This document shows, piece by piece, positions 10,442-20,972 of a DNA stretch of 64,000 nt. Location of the stretch: assembly GCA_021818585.1 (NCBI GenBank), contig JAKATU010000089.1, forward strand, positions 63,735 through 127,734. Reading direction: 5' to 3'. Position 1 is the first letter of the stretch, and each line of letters starts with the position of its first letter. Origin of the DNA: Acidobacteriota bacterium. GTDB taxonomy: Bacteria; Acidobacteriota; Terriglobia; Terriglobales; Acidobacteriaceae. The notes below the pieces were generated by a model. That model was given only the letters and a program-made list of their open reading frames with translations. It did no database searches and was not told the DNA's origin. Position numbers and translations under genes: made by a program.

Positions 10442-11137
10442 ATGTCCGCCGCCACTCGCCTACGCAATCTCTACGAAACGCTCGCCACCCACTACGGCCC
10501 GCAGCACTGGTGGCCCTCCCAGTCTCTGCTCGAAACCATCATCGGGGCGTGCCTCACCCAAGGCACCGCCTGGACCGCCGTCGAACGGTCCCTAGCAAAC
10601 CTCCGCCAGCGCAACCTCCTCCACTTTGAAGCCCTCCGCACCCTCCCCATCGACGAACTCCGCGAGCTCATCCGCCCCTCCGGATTCATGCAGCGCAAAG
10701 CCGCCACCCTCCACGCCATCCTCGACCTCATCCACACCCACTACAACGGCTCCATCAAAGCCTTTGCCCGCACCCCGCTCCCGGAAGCCCGCAAACAGTT
10801 GCTCGCCATCTCCGGCATCGGCCCGGAAACAGCCGACGCCATCCTCCTCTACGCTCTCCACCAGCCCGCCATGGTCGTCGACGAATACCTCCGCCGCGTC
10901 GCCATCCGCCACGGCCTCGCCCCATCCCGCGCCAGCTACGCCCACCTCCAGCAACTCGTGCTCACCGCCTTCGCAGAAGAGCAACACCCCGCCACCCTCG
11001 CCAATCACTACAACGAGTTCCACGCCCTCATCGTACAAACCGGCAAAGACCACTGCCGCCGCACCCCCGACTGCGCCCAGTGCCCCCTCCGCGCCGACCT
11101 CGACACCCACCTCCAGGGCAAACCATTAGCCTATTGA
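10442..11137 (+). CDS. HhH-GPD / endonuclease III domain DNA glycosylase-like protein
   Basis: YGPQHWWP, LIRPSGF, HhH LLAISGIGPETADAILLY, VVD, C-terminal CRRTPDCAQCPL. Confidence 0.85.
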   Translation: MSAATRLRNLYETLATHYGPQHWWPSQSLLETIIGACLTQGTAWTAVERSLANLRQRNLLHFEALRTLPIDELRELIRPSGFMQRKAATLHAILDLIHTHYNGSIKAFARTPLPEARKQLLAISGIGPETADAILLYALHQPAMVVDEYLRRVAIRHGLAPSRASYAHLQQLVLTAFAEEQHPATLANHYNEFHALIVQTGKDHCRRTPDCAQCPLRADLDTHLQGKPLAY

Positions 11138-11138
11138 T

Positions 11139-11762
11139 ATGCCGCCCACCCTGTACGTAGCCTCCTCCAACCCCGGCAAGCTCCGCGACTTCCGCACCGC
11201 AGCCGCCCACACCTCCGTCGAAATCCTCCCGCTCCCCAACCTCGCCGCTATCCCCGCACCCGAAGAAACCGGCCTCACCTTCGCCGAAAACGCCCGCCTC
11301 AAGGCCGAGTTCTACTCCCGTCACCTCCCCGGTCAGCTCGTGATCGCCGACGACTCCGGCCTCGAAGTTCCCGCGCTCCAAAACCATCCCGGCGTCCGCT
11401 CCGCCCGCTACGCAGAAGACTCCAACTACCTCCCCAACTCCAAACTCTCCAACGACACCCGTAACAACCTCCTCTTGCTCGAACGCATGCAATCCATCCC
11501 CAACCGCGCCGCTCGCTACTTCTGCGTTCTCTCGCTTGCCCGCGACGGAGCCGAAATCCTCTCCGCCACCGGCGAAGTTCCCGGCGAAATCCTCACCACC
11601 CCCCGGGGAAGCAGCGGCTTCGGCTACGATCCCCTCTTTTACCTGCCACAAATCGTCAAAACTATGGCCGAAATCGACCTCGACACCAAGCACCACCTCA
11701 GCCATCGCGGCGCCGCACTCCGCTCCCTGCTTGAAACCATCTCCCAAAACGGCATTGCCTGA
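11139..11762 (+). CDS. rdgB: Non-canonical purine NTP pyrophosphatase (Ham1)
   Basis: ASSNPGK, ENARLKA, ADDSGL, PGVRSAR, GFGYDPLF, SHRG. Confidence 0.93.
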   Translation: MPPTLYVASSNPGKLRDFRTAAAHTSVEILPLPNLAAIPAPEETGLTFAENARLKAEFYSRHLPGQLVIADDSGLEVPALQNHPGVRSARYAEDSNYLPNSKLSNDTRNNLLLLERMQSIPNRAARYFCVLSLARDGAEILSATGEVPGEILTTPRGSSGFGYDPLFYLPQIVKTMAEIDLDTKHHLSHRGAALRSLLETISQNGIA

Positions 11763-12015
11763 TTTTCAATCCGCTCAACCCCGTTCCTTGACGCATCGCT
11801 TGGCGTGACCAAATAATAAAATTTCGGCTTGCACACTTTTCACCGGTCCAGTTCCATGGTCCACACACGCAGATCGGCTTTAAACACCCTCTGCACTGAC
11901 GTTCACCTCGCACGCATCGCGGCTCAGGCTTCAAATGCCACGGCCCGGCGAAAATCACACGATCGTGAGGGTTCAGCGAGTACATGCTTCACTTCAATCA
12001 GGTTTGGAAAGTTCA

Positions 12016-12708
12016 ATGAGCACAGGCGCAGCAACGATCAGTAAGCATCAGGCTCCAGGCTTCTGGAAGTCCACCAACGGCAAAAAAATTGTGATGGCGG
12101 TGACAGGATGCATCCTCTTCCTCTTCGTCGTCGCCCACCTCTTGGGCAACCTGCTCATCTACGCAGGCCCAGCGCGCTACAACGCCTATGCAGCCTTCCT
12201 TCACTTTGACGGCTCCCTGCTCTGGATCATCCGCAGCGTCCTCATCGTGTCTGTGCTGCTCCACATTGAGGCGGCAGCGCAGCTCTGGCTGCGGAACAAA
12301 CGCGCACGCCCCGTCGGCTACGCGCGCAAGAACTCCGACGGCGCCTCCTACGCATCCCGCACCATGTATTGGAGCGGCCCCATCGTCCTCGCCTTCATCA
12401 TCTTCCATCTTCTCGAATTCACCGGCGGATTTATCCATCCCGGCTCCCAGTTCATCGCCGGCAATGTCTACCACAACGTCGTCGCTGGCTTCTCCGTCTG
12501 GTGGATCGCGGCCTGGTACATCTTCGCCCTCTGTCTCCTCGGCATGCACCTTCGCCACGGTCTCTGGAGCATGCTTCAGTCCTTCGGCCTGCCGCACTCC
12601 CGAACGCGCGAACTCGCGCTCAAGCAGCTCGCTCTCTGGATTTCCATCATCATCATCGGGGGATACATCTCCATCCCCATCAGCGTACTCACGGGGCTAA
12701 TCAAGTAA
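12016..12708 (+). CDS. sdhC: Succinate dehydrogenase/fumarate reductase cytochrome b subunit
   Basis: KKIVMAVTG...HLLGNL, five TM segments, heme His residues (HLRHGLWS); first gene of a CAB operon. Confidence 0.9.
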   Translation: MSTGAATISKHQAPGFWKSTNGKKIVMAVTGCILFLFVVAHLLGNLLIYAGPARYNAYAAFLHFDGSLLWIIRSVLIVSVLLHIEAAAQLWLRNKRARPVGYARKNSDGASYASRTMYWSGPIVLAFIIFHLLEFTGGFIHPGSQFIAGNVYHNVVAGFSVWWIAAWYIFALCLLGMHLRHGLWSMLQSFGLPHSRTRELALKQLALWISIIIIGGYISIPISVLTGLIK

Positions 12709-14621
12709 TGAAACTCGACGCAAGAATTCCATCCGGCCCAATCGAAAAGGCATGGGACAAAGCACGCTTCGACATGAAGCTGGTCAATCCCGCCAACAAG
12801 CGCAAGCACACCGTTCTTGTCGTCGGCTCTGGCCTCGCGGGAGCGTCCGCATCCGCCTCCATGGGCGAGCTCGGCTACAACGTCAAGTGCTTCTGCTTTC
12901 AGGATTCGCCCCGCCGCGCGCACTCCATCGCCGCGCAGGGCGGCATCAACGCAGCAAAAAACTATCAGAATGACGGCGACAGCGTCTTCCGCCTCTTCTA
13001 TGACACAGTCAAGGGCGGCGACTTCCGCTCCCGCGAAGCCAACGTTTATCGCCTCGCACAAAACAGCGTCAACATCATTGACCAGTGCGTCGCCCAGGGC
13101 GTTCCTTTCGCGCGCGAGTACGGCGGAGCACTCACCAACCGCTCCTTCGGCGGCGCGCAGGTCTCCCGTACTTTCTACGCACGCGGACAAACAGGCCAGC
13201 AGCTACTCCTCGGCGCATACCAGGCCCTCGAGCGTCAGGTCAGCACAGGAACCGTAACGATGTTCCCGCGCACCGAAATGCTCGACCTCATTGTAGTCGA
13301 CGGTCAGGCCCGCGGCATCGTCACACGCAACCTCATCACCGGCGAGCTCGATGTCCACTTCGGCGACGCGGTCGTCCTCGCCAGCGGCGGATACGGCAAC
13401 GTCTACTACCTCTCCACCAACGCCAAGGGCTCCAACGTCACCGCAAGCTGGCGCGCCCACAAGCGCGGCGCGCTCTTCGCCAATCCCTGCTTCACGCAGA
13501 TCCACCCCACCTGCATCCCCGTCTCCGGCGACTACCAGTCCAAGCTCACGCTCATGTCTGAGTCGCTCCGCAACGACGGCCGCATCTGGGTCCCCAAGAA
13601 AAAGGGCGATAAGCGCCCACCCAGCCAGATTCCCGCCGACGAGCGTGACTACTACCTCGAGCGGCGCTACCCCAGCTTCGGCAACCTCGTCCCGCGTGAC
13701 GTCGCCTCCCGCAACGCCAAGCACGTCTGCGACGAAGGCCGCGGCGTCGGCGAATCCGGCCTCGGCGTCTACCTCGACTTCTCTGACGCCATCGCGCGCC
13801 TCGGCGAAAACGTCATCCGCGAGCGCTACGGCAATCTCTTTGACATGTATCAGCGCATCACGGACGAAAACCCCTACAAAGTCCCCATGCGCATCTACCC
13901 CGCCATTCACTACACCATGGGCGGTCTCTGGGTGGACTACTACCTGCAAAGCACCATACCTGGCCTCTTCGTCGCTGGCGAGGCCAACTTCTCTGACCAC
14001 GGCGCAAACCGCCTCGGCGCCAGCGCCCTCATGCAGGGCCTTTCCGACGGATACTTCATCATCCCCTACACCGTCGGCAACTACATCGCCAACAGCAAGC
14101 TCGACAAGGTCGACGAGTCGCATCCCGTCGTCCAGGAAGCAGTCGCCGGAGTCAAAAACTCCATCCACACCCTGCTCTCCATCAAGGGCAAGCGCACCGT
14201 CGACTCCTTCCACCGCCAGCTCGGCAAAATCATCTGGGACGAGTGCGGCATGTCCCGCACCGCAGAAGGCCTCAAAAAAGCCATCGGCCAGGTCCGCGAG
14301 CTCAAGCAGGAGTTCTGGCAGAACGTCAACGTCCCCGGCAGCGGCTCCGACCTCAACCAGAGCCTCGAAAAAGCCGGTCGCGTCGCCGACTTCTTCGAAC
14401 TCGGCGAGCTCATGTGCATCGACGCGCTCAACCGCAACGAAAGCTGCGGCGGCCACTTCCGCGAGGAATACCAGACCCCCGACGGCGAAGCCAAACGCGA
14501 CGATGAAAACTACTCCTACGTGGCAGCCTGGGGCTACAACGGCCCCGACAGCGAGCCCACTCTGACGAAAGAACCGCTGGAGTTCGAATACGTTCACCCC
14601 AGCCAGAGGAGCTACAAGTAA
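12708..14621 (+). CDS. sdhA: Succinate dehydrogenase/fumarate reductase flavoprotein subunit
   Basis: [21 protein letters not shown]-His, [27 protein letters not shown]; TAATG overlap. Confidence 0.95.
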   Translation: MKLDARIPSGPIEKAWDKARFDMKLVNPANKRKHTVLVVGSGLAGASASASMGELGYNVKCFCFQDSPRRAHSIAAQGGINAAKNYQNDGDSVFRLFYDTVKGGDFRSREANVYRLAQNSVNIIDQCVAQGVPFAREYGGALTNRSFGGAQVSRTFYARGQTGQQLLLGAYQALERQVSTGTVTMFPRTEMLDLIVVDGQARGIVTRNLITGELDVHFGDAVVLASGGYGNVYYLSTNAKGSNVTASWRAHKRGALFANPCFTQIHPTCIPVSGDYQSKLTLMSESLRNDGRIWVPKKKGDKRPPSQIPADERDYYLERRYPSFGNLVPRDVASRNAKHVCDEGRGVGESGLGVYLDFSDAIARLGENVIRERYGNLFDMYQRITDENPYKVPMRIYPAIHYTMGGLWVDYYLQSTIPGLFVAGEANFSDHGANRLGASALMQGLSDGYFIIPYTVGNYIANSKLDKVDESHPVVQEAVAGVKNSIHTLLSIKGKRTVDSFHRQLGKIIWDECGMSRTAEGLKKAIGQVRELKQEFWQNVNVPGSGSDLNQSLEKAGRVADFFELGELMCIDALNRNESCGGHFREEYQTPDGEAKRDDENYSYVAAWGYNGPDSEPTLTKEPLEFEYVHPSQRSYK

Positions 14622-15425
14622 ATGAAATTGACCCTGAAAATCTGGCGTCAGAAGAACCGGGACGAAAAGGGCAAATTCGTCAGCTACTCCGTCAACAACG
14701 TCAATCCGGAGATGTCGATGCTCGAATGCCTCGACGTCCTCAATGAGGACCTCATCCAGCGCGGCGAAGAGCCCGTAGCCTTCGAGCATGACTGCCGGGA
14801 AGGCATCTGCGGCTCCTGCGGATTCATGATCAACGGCCATGCCCACGGCCCCCAGACAGCCACCACCGCCTGCCAGCTCACCATGCGTCATTTCAAGGAT
14901 GGCGATCAGCTGACCCTCGAACCCTGGCGCGCTGCGGCCTTCCCGCTCGTCAAGGACCTCGTCGTCGATCGCCGTGCCTTCGACCGCATCATTGCCGCCG
15001 GCGGTTACATCTCCGTCTCCACCGGCAATGCTCCCGACGGCAACGCCATTCCCGTCCCCAAGGGCATCGCCGACCGCGCCATGGATGCAGCCACCTGCAT
15101 CGGCTGCGGAGCCTGCGTCGCCGCATGCCCCAACGCCTCGGCCTCGCTCTTCACCGGAGCGAAAATCTCCCACCTCGGCCTGCTCCCGCAAGGCAAGCCC
15201 GAGCAGGACCGTCGCGCCCTCAACATGGTCGCGCAGATGAGTGAAGAGCCCTTCGGAGGCTGCACCAACATCGGTCAATGCACCGAGTCATGCCCGAAGG
15301 AAATCCCGCTCGAAGTCATCGCGAACATGAACCGTGACTACCGCGTAGCCACCCTCAGAAAGCGCGACGACCTCATCCAGGTCATCACGCCCGTCACCAC
15401 CTGGAGCTCCGACTCAAAAAGCTAG
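14622..15425 (+). CDS. sdhB: Succinate dehydrogenase/fumarate reductase iron-sulfur subunit
   Basis: [32 protein letters not shown]. Confidence 0.95.
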   Translation: MKLTLKIWRQKNRDEKGKFVSYSVNNVNPEMSMLECLDVLNEDLIQRGEEPVAFEHDCREGICGSCGFMINGHAHGPQTATTACQLTMRHFKDGDQLTLEPWRAAAFPLVKDLVVDRRAFDRIIAAGGYISVSTGNAPDGNAIPVPKGIADRAMDAATCIGCGACVAACPNASASLFTGAKISHLGLLPQGKPEQDRRALNMVAQMSEEPFGGCTNIGQCTESCPKEIPLEVIANMNRDYRVATLRKRDDLIQVITPVTTWSSDSKS

Positions 15426-15452
15426 CCCGTCCCTCCACCGGAAACCAGCAAT

Positions 15453-15485
15453 AAAAATTCCCGGCCTCACTCGGCCGGGATTTTT
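15453..15485. terminator. Bidirectional intrinsic terminator between sdhB and the convergent gene
   Basis: AAAAATTCCCGGCC-TCACTC-GGCCGGGATTTTT; overlaps the last codons of the convergent ORF. Confidence 0.7.
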
Positions 15486-15829
15486 GTTCCCTGGTGGAAA
15501 ACCATCTGCCAGCGCCCATCCCGCAACTCCCACACCGAGCTCCGCAAGGACTCCACCGGCACTCCATCCCCACCGCGGCGCAAAACCCGACACGTCGCCA
15601 GGGCCACAGACGGAGAAAGCCGTATCACTTCAAAATTCGTAAGTGACATAGGCACATATTCCTGCTGCTGAAGATGCTCGATAATCTCCGCCTTCGAATA
15701 AGCGCGGCCCGAACTGGCAAATTCTCGAAAACCATCCGCAAGCAATGCATCCACCTGCAACGCATCCCTGCGCGTTTCTATCTGTAACAGTGTCTCTTCC
15801 AGCCTGCGAAGCTCCTCGGCAAGTTCCAT
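15467..15829 (-). CDS. DUF4440 / NTF2-like protein
   Basis: LLADGFREFASSGR...SLRSSVW...DGRWQMVFHQGT. Confidence 0.8.
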   Translation of the reverse strand: MELAEELRRLEETLLQIETRRDALQVDALLADGFREFASSGRAYSKAEIIEHLQQQEYVPMSLTNFEVIRLSPSVALATCRVLRRGGDGVPVESLRSSVWELRDGRWQMVFHQGTKIPAE

Positions 15830-15909
15830 AACACAGGATTTTATCCAATCCCATGCCAGCACAAAGGGCAGAGCATCAACTTTGCCCTTTATCCCAATCC
15901 ACCCACGCT

Positions 15910-16923
15910 CTACTTGACCCCTATCACCATCGAATCAGGCCCCATCAGGTGCACCACGCGCGTCTCCTTGAAACCGGCCTCACTCATCCAGCCCCGGCAA
16001 TCCGCGCCGGTATAGTCAAACCCTCCCGGCGTCTCCACCAGCATGTTCAGGCTCATCATCAACCCAAACGCATTGCTCCTGCGTTCGTCATCGATAATCG
16101 CCTCATACACGATATACGCGCCACCCTCCGGCAACGCATCATACGCCTTGCCCACCAGCATCTTCTTCGTCGGCAAATCCCAGTCGTGCAGAATATGCCC
16201 CATCACCACCACGTCTGCCCTGGGCAACGGATCATCAAAGAAGCTCCCGGCCGCAAAACTCGCCCGTTCACTCAGCCCCAGTCCTTGCACGTAATCCTCA
16301 AAAATAGGCCCTACCGCTGGCAGGTCAAACCCCATGCCGTTCATATGAGAATGCGCCAGCAGAATCTGAGACAGCGTATCGCCCTGCGCCGTACCCACAT
16401 CCACTACCGTCTTGTAATCCTTCCACTCGAACTTCGACGCAATCGCCAGCGCCGCACCCCGGCTTACGCCGCTCATCGCCGAAAGAAACTGCCGCAAACG
16501 CGCCGGATCGGCGTACAGCATCTCGAAAGGCGACGCGCCGCCATCGCGCATTTCATTCTGCGGCATGCCCGTACGCACAGCCTCCGTCAAATGGCCCCAG
16601 AACGGATACAGCCGATGGTTCGCCATCTCCAGCATCCCGCCCATGTAGGACGGCTTCCGCTTGTCCAGAAACAAACTCGTCTCCGCCGTGTTGTGGTACT
16701 GCCCGTCCTTCCGGTCCAGAAAACCCAAAGCCACCAGCGCATCCAGAAAATCCTTCGCCCCCCGCGGATGCAGTCCCAACCGCTGCTGCAGTGTCTTGCA
16801 ATCTGCCGGATTCTTTTCAATCTCGGTAAAAAGCTCCATCTCCACTGCGCTCAACAGCACTTTGGAAGGCCAGAACGCCAGTCCCGTCTGTAGAATCCGC
16901 TCCGGTGTCACATGCTCGCTCAT
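15910..16923 (-). CDS. SAM-dependent O-methyltransferase (Methyltransf_2 with dimerisation domain)
   Basis: [23 protein letters not shown]. Confidence 0.88.
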   Translation of the reverse strand: MSEHVTPERILQTGLAFWPSKVLLSAVEMELFTEIEKNPADCKTLQQRLGLHPRGAKDFLDALVALGFLDRKDGQYHNTAETSLFLDKRKPSYMGGMLEMANHRLYPFWGHLTEAVRTGMPQNEMRDGGASPFEMLYADPARLRQFLSAMSGVSRGAALAIASKFEWKDYKTVVDVGTAQGDTLSQILLAHSHMNGMGFDLPAVGPIFEDYVQGLGLSERASFAAGSFFDDPLPRADVVVMGHILHDWDLPTKKMLVGKAYDALPEGGAYIVYEAIIDDERRSNAFGLMMSLNMLVETPGGFDYTGADCRGWMSEAGFKETRVVHLMGPDSMVIGVK

Positions 16924-17094
16924 CGATATACGTCTCCCCATCTAAGCTCGAAAGCTCAAATCCGCGCCAGGGAAGCGCACATCGTCACTCACTGTGATCT
17001 GAATCTACGGCTTGAAAGTTTCACCACATTAACATCTGAAGCAATACCCACTCAAATGGATTTCCGGCGACAGTCGCATCCACAGCAAAGCCAC

Positions 17095-17991
17095 TCAGCC
17101 AAGCCCAGCCACCGCCGCCACTTCCCTGCCAACTGCGGCCAGCGTCGCTTCCCGTTGCTCACGGCTCACCGTCGCGCCCGTTAAATAAGCAGCCACCAGC
17201 ACCGGCTTGCTCTTCGGCGGCCAAAGAATCGCCACATCGTTCGTCGTTCCATGATCCCCGCTGCCCGTCTTGTCACCCTCACGCCAGTTCTCCGGCACGC
17301 CCGCCCGAATCCGCTTCTCGCCCGTCCTGTCCGCCACCAGCCACTGCGTCAGCAGCGCCCGCGAAGCTGGCGACAACGCATCCTCCAGCGCCAGCGCGCC
17401 CAGATCACCTACCATCTGCTGCGGAGTCGTCGTGTCTCGGGGATCTCCCGGCAAACACTCATTCACATCCGGCTCATTCCGGTCCAGCCTCGTCTTCGCG
17501 TCCCCCAGCCGAAGCGCAAACTCCGTCACCGCCTTCGGCCCGCCCAGTCCATACAGCAACAGATTCGCAGCCGTGTTGTCGCTCACCGTAATCGCAGCCG
17601 CGCACAACGCCTCAACCGTCATTCCGCTCGCAACATGCTTGCGGGTCACCGGCGAATAAGCCACAATCTGCCGCGCATCAAACCGCACCAGACGTCCCAG
17701 CCGATCTCTGCCCTGGTCCACTCCCGCCAGTACCGCACCCACCAGCAGCAGTTTGTAAGTGCTGCACATCGGGAATCGCTCCTCCGCGCGCCATCCCCAA
17801 TACTGGCCCATCCCCGTATGCCAGCAGAACACGCCGAGCCGCCCGCCGCTCGCCACCTCCAGCCGGTGCATCCGCGCGGCAAACCTGACACGCACCGGCG
17901 CAACAGCTCCCGCCCAGCCAAACTCCCCAAACAAAGCCGCGCCGCCGTAAACCAGCAGCGCGGCACTCAAAAATTCGCGTCTCGTTCTCAT
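17095..17991 (-). CDS. bla: Class A beta-lactamase with Tat signal peptide
   Basis: TRREFL twin-arginine; FPMCSTYK (SxxK), SDN, RLDRNEPDVN (E166), DTTTP, DKTGSG. Confidence 0.92.
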   Translation of the reverse strand: MRTRREFLSAALLVYGGAALFGEFGWAGAVAPVRVRFAARMHRLEVASGGRLGVFCWHTGMGQYWGWRAEERFPMCSTYKLLLVGAVLAGVDQGRDRLGRLVRFDARQIVAYSPVTRKHVASGMTVEALCAAAITVSDNTAANLLLYGLGGPKAVTEFALRLGDAKTRLDRNEPDVNECLPGDPRDTTTPQQMVGDLGALALEDALSPASRALLTQWLVADRTGEKRIRAGVPENWREGDKTGSGDHGTTNDVAILWPPKSKPVLVAAYLTGATVSREQREATLAAVGREVAAVAGLG

Positions 17992-18056
17992 GCGTCCTCG
18001 CGCCAATGCAGCCGATTATTCCACAACGGCGCGTCCCAAACGGGCAACCGAATCTC

Positions 18057-18539
18057 CTATGCCACCCGCCAGGCATCCAGTGTCGCCTTCACCTTATCCC
18101 GCCCAAGGTCAGCATCGATCCGGAGCTCCAGCCGCGTCACGCCCTCCAGCTCCACCGTGTAATCTTCCACTTCCTCCGTCGAACCGCCAGGGCTGAAGTT
18201 CCACTGCTGCCGCACAATCTCCTGCACAACACCCGCCTCCGTCGCATAACGCAGTGAGAACTCCTGCGTCCGCTCATGCTCACCCTCTACAAACCGTAGA
18301 AATATCCGTCGAATCTTCACCGGCTCCAGAAATGTCAACGCAATCGTCTGCGGACCCGTCTCATGCGCGCGCCACCCTTTATCATCACTCTCCGCATCCA
18401 GACTCAACGCATTCTCCAGCGGAAACCCCGGATCCTCCGAAGTCAGCTGCGCCCGCACCAACTGCTCCAGCGCCATCCACTTATCCTCGCGATGCGTCTT
18501 CCCCGCAATTGGCTTCTGCCTCACAATCTCTTTCCACAT
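18057..18539 (-). CDS. Conserved hypothetical protein, galactose-binding-like (discoidin/APC10-like) fold likely
   Basis: TSEDPGFPLENAL...GWRA...PQTIALTF pattern; gene-like codon use. Confidence 0.6.
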   Translation of the reverse strand: MWKEIVRQKPIAGKTHREDKWMALEQLVRAQLTSEDPGFPLENALSLDAESDDKGWRAHETGPQTIALTFLEPVKIRRIFLRFVEGEHERTQEFSLRYATEAGVVQEIVRQQWNFSPGGSTEEVEDYTVELEGVTRLELRIDADLGRDKVKATLDAWRVA

Positions 18540-18660
18540 AGGCTGCCTCCACACCCAAGCTTACCCCTCACCTCAACTCAAGCAAGCCGAATCTTTGCTT
18601 CCGGATCCCGTTCGCTGGCCTCATCCACGTCCTTTCCGGTACTCTTTAGCTTTGGGAAAT

Positions 18661-19485
18661 ATGCATTCCATTCAACGATTCGCACTCGTCCTCGCTGCTC
18701 CTCTTCTGCTCACCGGCACTTTAGCCGCCCAGCAGTCCACCCCGCAGCAGCCCCAGTCCCAACCCCAGACACTGAACCAGACACAGAGCCAAACCAAGCC
18801 GTTGGATACCTCCAACAGCTCCTCGCTGCCCGGCGCGCCCACCCCGCAGGCGCCTGGCCAGACCCAGCCCGCTCAGCCGCCCTCGCCGCAGCCCAACGGA
18901 CCCACTGCCGTCTTTGACACTTCCATGGGACGCATGGTCTGCCGCCTCTACTCCAAACTCGCGCCCAAAACCGTCGCCAATTTCATCGGCCTCGCCAATG
19001 GCGCCAAAGCATGGACCAACCCCGCCACCGGCAAAATTGAGCACGGCAAGTCCCTCTATAACGGAACCATCTTCCACCGGGTCATCCCCGGCTTCATGAT
19101 CCAGGGCGGCGACCCGCTCGGCACCGGAATGGGCGGCCCAGGCTACCAGTTCAACGACGAAATCGTCCCCAGCCTCAACTTTGACGTCGCTGGTCGCCTC
19201 GCCATGGCCAACTCCGGCCCCAACACCAACGGCTCCCAGTTCTTCATCACGGTTAGCCCCCAGCTCCAGCTCAACGGCCACTACACCATCTTCGGCCAGT
19301 GCACGCCAGACAGCGTCATCGTTGCAGAAACCATCACAGACGTGCCCACCGACCCGCAGGACAATAAACCACTGTCACCCGTCACACTCGACAAGCTCAC
19401 CATCGTCCCTCCGGGCCAGCCGCTGCCGCCCGTGCCCGGCGCAGCAGCCCCATCCGCGCCCGCGCAAACCAATCCTCAACATTGA
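18661..19485 (+). CDS. Exported cyclophilin-type peptidyl-prolyl isomerase
   Basis: Signal peptide, Q/P-rich linker, FHRVIPGFMIQGGDP, AMANSGPNTNGSQFFIT. Confidence 0.92.
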   Translation: MHSIQRFALVLAAPLLLTGTLAAQQSTPQQPQSQPQTLNQTQSQTKPLDTSNSSSLPGAPTPQAPGQTQPAQPPSPQPNGPTAVFDTSMGRMVCRLYSKLAPKTVANFIGLANGAKAWTNPATGKIEHGKSLYNGTIFHRVIPGFMIQGGDPLGTGMGGPGYQFNDEIVPSLNFDVAGRLAMANSGPNTNGSQFFITVSPQLQLNGHYTIFGQCTPDSVIVAETITDVPTDPQDNKPLSPVTLDKLTIVPPGQPLPPVPGAAAPSAPAQTNPQH

Positions 19486-19512
19486 AATAGTTACTTTAAG
19501 GAGCAGTCCCTA

Positions 19513-20040
19513 ATGTCCCGTGCAGCAGGAACCTACGCCATCTTCAATACCTCGGAAGGCGCCATCGTTTGCCGCCTCTTCGAGAAAGACGCGCCCAAAA
19601 CTGTCGCCAACTTCATCGAGCTCGCGGAAGGCACGCGCGAGTGGACCCACCCCGTCACCCGCAGCAAGAGCAAAGACAAGCTCTACGACGGAACCATCTT
19701 CCACCGCGTCATTCCCGACTTCATGATCCAGGGTGGCGACCCCGCCGGAACCGGCATGGGCGGCCCCGGCTATCGCTTTGAAGACGAAACCAAGGGATCT
19801 CCTCACGGCTTCCAGACCAAGGGCAAGCTCGCCATGGCCAACGCTGGACCCAACACCAACGGCTCCCAGTTCTTCATCACCGTCGCACCCACAGACTGGC
19901 TCACCGGACGCCACACGATCTTCGGTGAAGTCGTCGAAGGCCAGGAGATCGTAGACAAAATCTCCAAGGTAGGCCGCAACGGCATGGACAAGCCCCACAA
20001 AGACGTAGTCATCGAATCCCTCGTCATCGAACGGAACTAG
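19513..20040 (+). CDS. Cytoplasmic cyclophilin-type peptidyl-prolyl isomerase
   Basis: FHRVIPDFMIQGGDP, AMANAGPNTNGSQFFIT, WLTGRHTIFG; AAGGAG RBS. Confidence 0.94.
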   Translation: MSRAAGTYAIFNTSEGAIVCRLFEKDAPKTVANFIELAEGTREWTHPVTRSKSKDKLYDGTIFHRVIPDFMIQGGDPAGTGMGGPGYRFEDETKGSPHGFQTKGKLAMANAGPNTNGSQFFITVAPTDWLTGRHTIFGEVVEGQEIVDKISKVGRNGMDKPHKDVVIESLVIERN

Positions 20041-20071
20041 CCGTTCCGGCACTCGCGGCTTCGCCGCCAGA
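20041..20071 (+). repeat. Post-stop-codon repeat, copy after the second cyclophilin gene
   Basis: CCGTTCCGGCACTCGCGGCTTCGCCGCCAGA; 25/31 identical by manual alignment to the copy after icd. Confidence 0.7.
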
Positions 20072-20083
20072 GCTACCAACTGC

Positions 20084-20118
20084 AAAAAAGGCCCGCATCC
20101 AGCGGGCCTTTTCATTTT
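20084..20118 (+). terminator. Intrinsic terminator
   Basis: AAAAAAGGCCCGC-ATCCA-GCGGGCCTTTTCATTTT. Confidence 0.85.
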
Positions 20119-20120
20119 CC

Positions 20121-20150
20121 TTACCAAACGGTAAAGAATGCTATCTTTAC
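20121..20150. promoter_or_regulatory. Putative VapBC autoregulatory operator
   Basis: Overlapping inverted repeats TTACC-N4-GGTAA and GTAAAGA-N6-TCTTTAC just upstream of vapB. Confidence 0.55.
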
Positions 20151-20167
20151 TGCAGAGGTTTACCGTC

Positions 20168-20419
20168 ATGGGCCGCACCAGCACCGTCAGCAGCAAGGGA
20201 CAAATCACCATCCCCCAGGAAATCCGCACCCGCCTCGGCCTCAAGGAAGGTGACCGCGTCGAGTTCGTCATCGAAGACGACAAAACCATCCTCCGCCCCG
20301 AACGCAGCGAAGAAAACCCTTTCGAAGCCTGGGTAGGCGCATTTCCCGCATTCAAAAACCGCGAGGAAATCAGCGCATGGATCAGCGAAATGCGCGACGA
20401 GGATCCTGAAGAGAAATGA
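20168..20419 (+). CDS. vapB: AbrB/MazE/SpoVT-family antitoxin
   Basis: STVSSKGQITIPQEIRTRLGLKEGDRVEF; acidic C-terminus. Confidence 0.88.
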   Translation: MGRTSTVSSKGQITIPQEIRTRLGLKEGDRVEFVIEDDKTILRPERSEENPFEAWVGAFPAFKNREEISAWISEMRDEDPEEK

Positions 20420-20835
20420 GAACGGCCCTCGATACAAACATCATTTCTGCTATCTGGACAAAAGAATCGAATCTAGCCGAAATCCTCGACCAAATGCAGG
20501 TTTCGCGCCGTATGGGCTGCCTCGTCATTTGCCCAGTCGTCTATGTCGAACTCTGCGCCCATCCCCGCGCCACGCTCGAAGATGTACAAAACTTTCTCGC
20601 AGACACAAATATCGCAGTCGACTGGGATCTGCCTCGTAAAGCCTGGGATCACGCCGCCGACGCATACTCCCAATATGCCCATCGCCGACGCCGATCCCGC
20701 GACGGCTCACCCCGACGCATGCCAGCCGACTTCATCATCGGAGCCCACGCCACCTGGATGGCTGATCGCCTCCTCACCCTCGATCAACGCCGCTACCGAA
20801 CAGATTTCCCCGGTCTGCGCATCAAAGAATGCTGA
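20416..20835 (+). CDS. vapC: PIN-domain toxin
   Basis: ALDTNII, VYVEL, ADFIIGAHA, LLTLD; ATGA overlap with the antitoxin. Confidence 0.88.
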   Translation: MRTALDTNIISAIWTKESNLAEILDQMQVSRRMGCLVICPVVYVELCAHPRATLEDVQNFLADTNIAVDWDLPRKAWDHAADAYSQYAHRRRRSRDGSPRRMPADFIIGAHATWMADRLLTLDQRRYRTDFPGLRIKEC

Positions 20836-20853
20836 AGCTCCTGTTGCAAAAGC

Positions 20854-20880
20854 AAAAAGGCCCGCACAACGCGGGCCTTT
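20854..20880. terminator. Bidirectional terminator between vapC and mdh
   Basis: AAAAAGGCCCGC-ACAAC-GCGGGCCTTT. Confidence 0.85.
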
Positions 20881-20902
20881 CCTATTTGCCGTTGCTCTCG
20901 TC

Positions 20903-20972
20903 TTTGCGCCGAAGGCGCGTAGCCTGGACGGCGAGTCCCGCGGAAGCCGCGTTTACCTGGACGGCCAGTCCC
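20903..20972 (-). repeat. Two tandem copies (33-bp period) of the post-stop repeat after mdh
   Basis: CCTGGACGGCGAGTCCC at 20923 and CCTGGACGGCCAGTCCC at 20956, each preceded by GAAG(G/C)CGCGT. Confidence 0.75.

Noticed and set aside
3027-15278. Long - strand ORFs opposite copA, the ABC exporter and sdhAB (for example 3027-4724, 7438-8868, 13203-15278)
   Set aside because: Antisense shadows caused by codon bias; no recognisable motifs.
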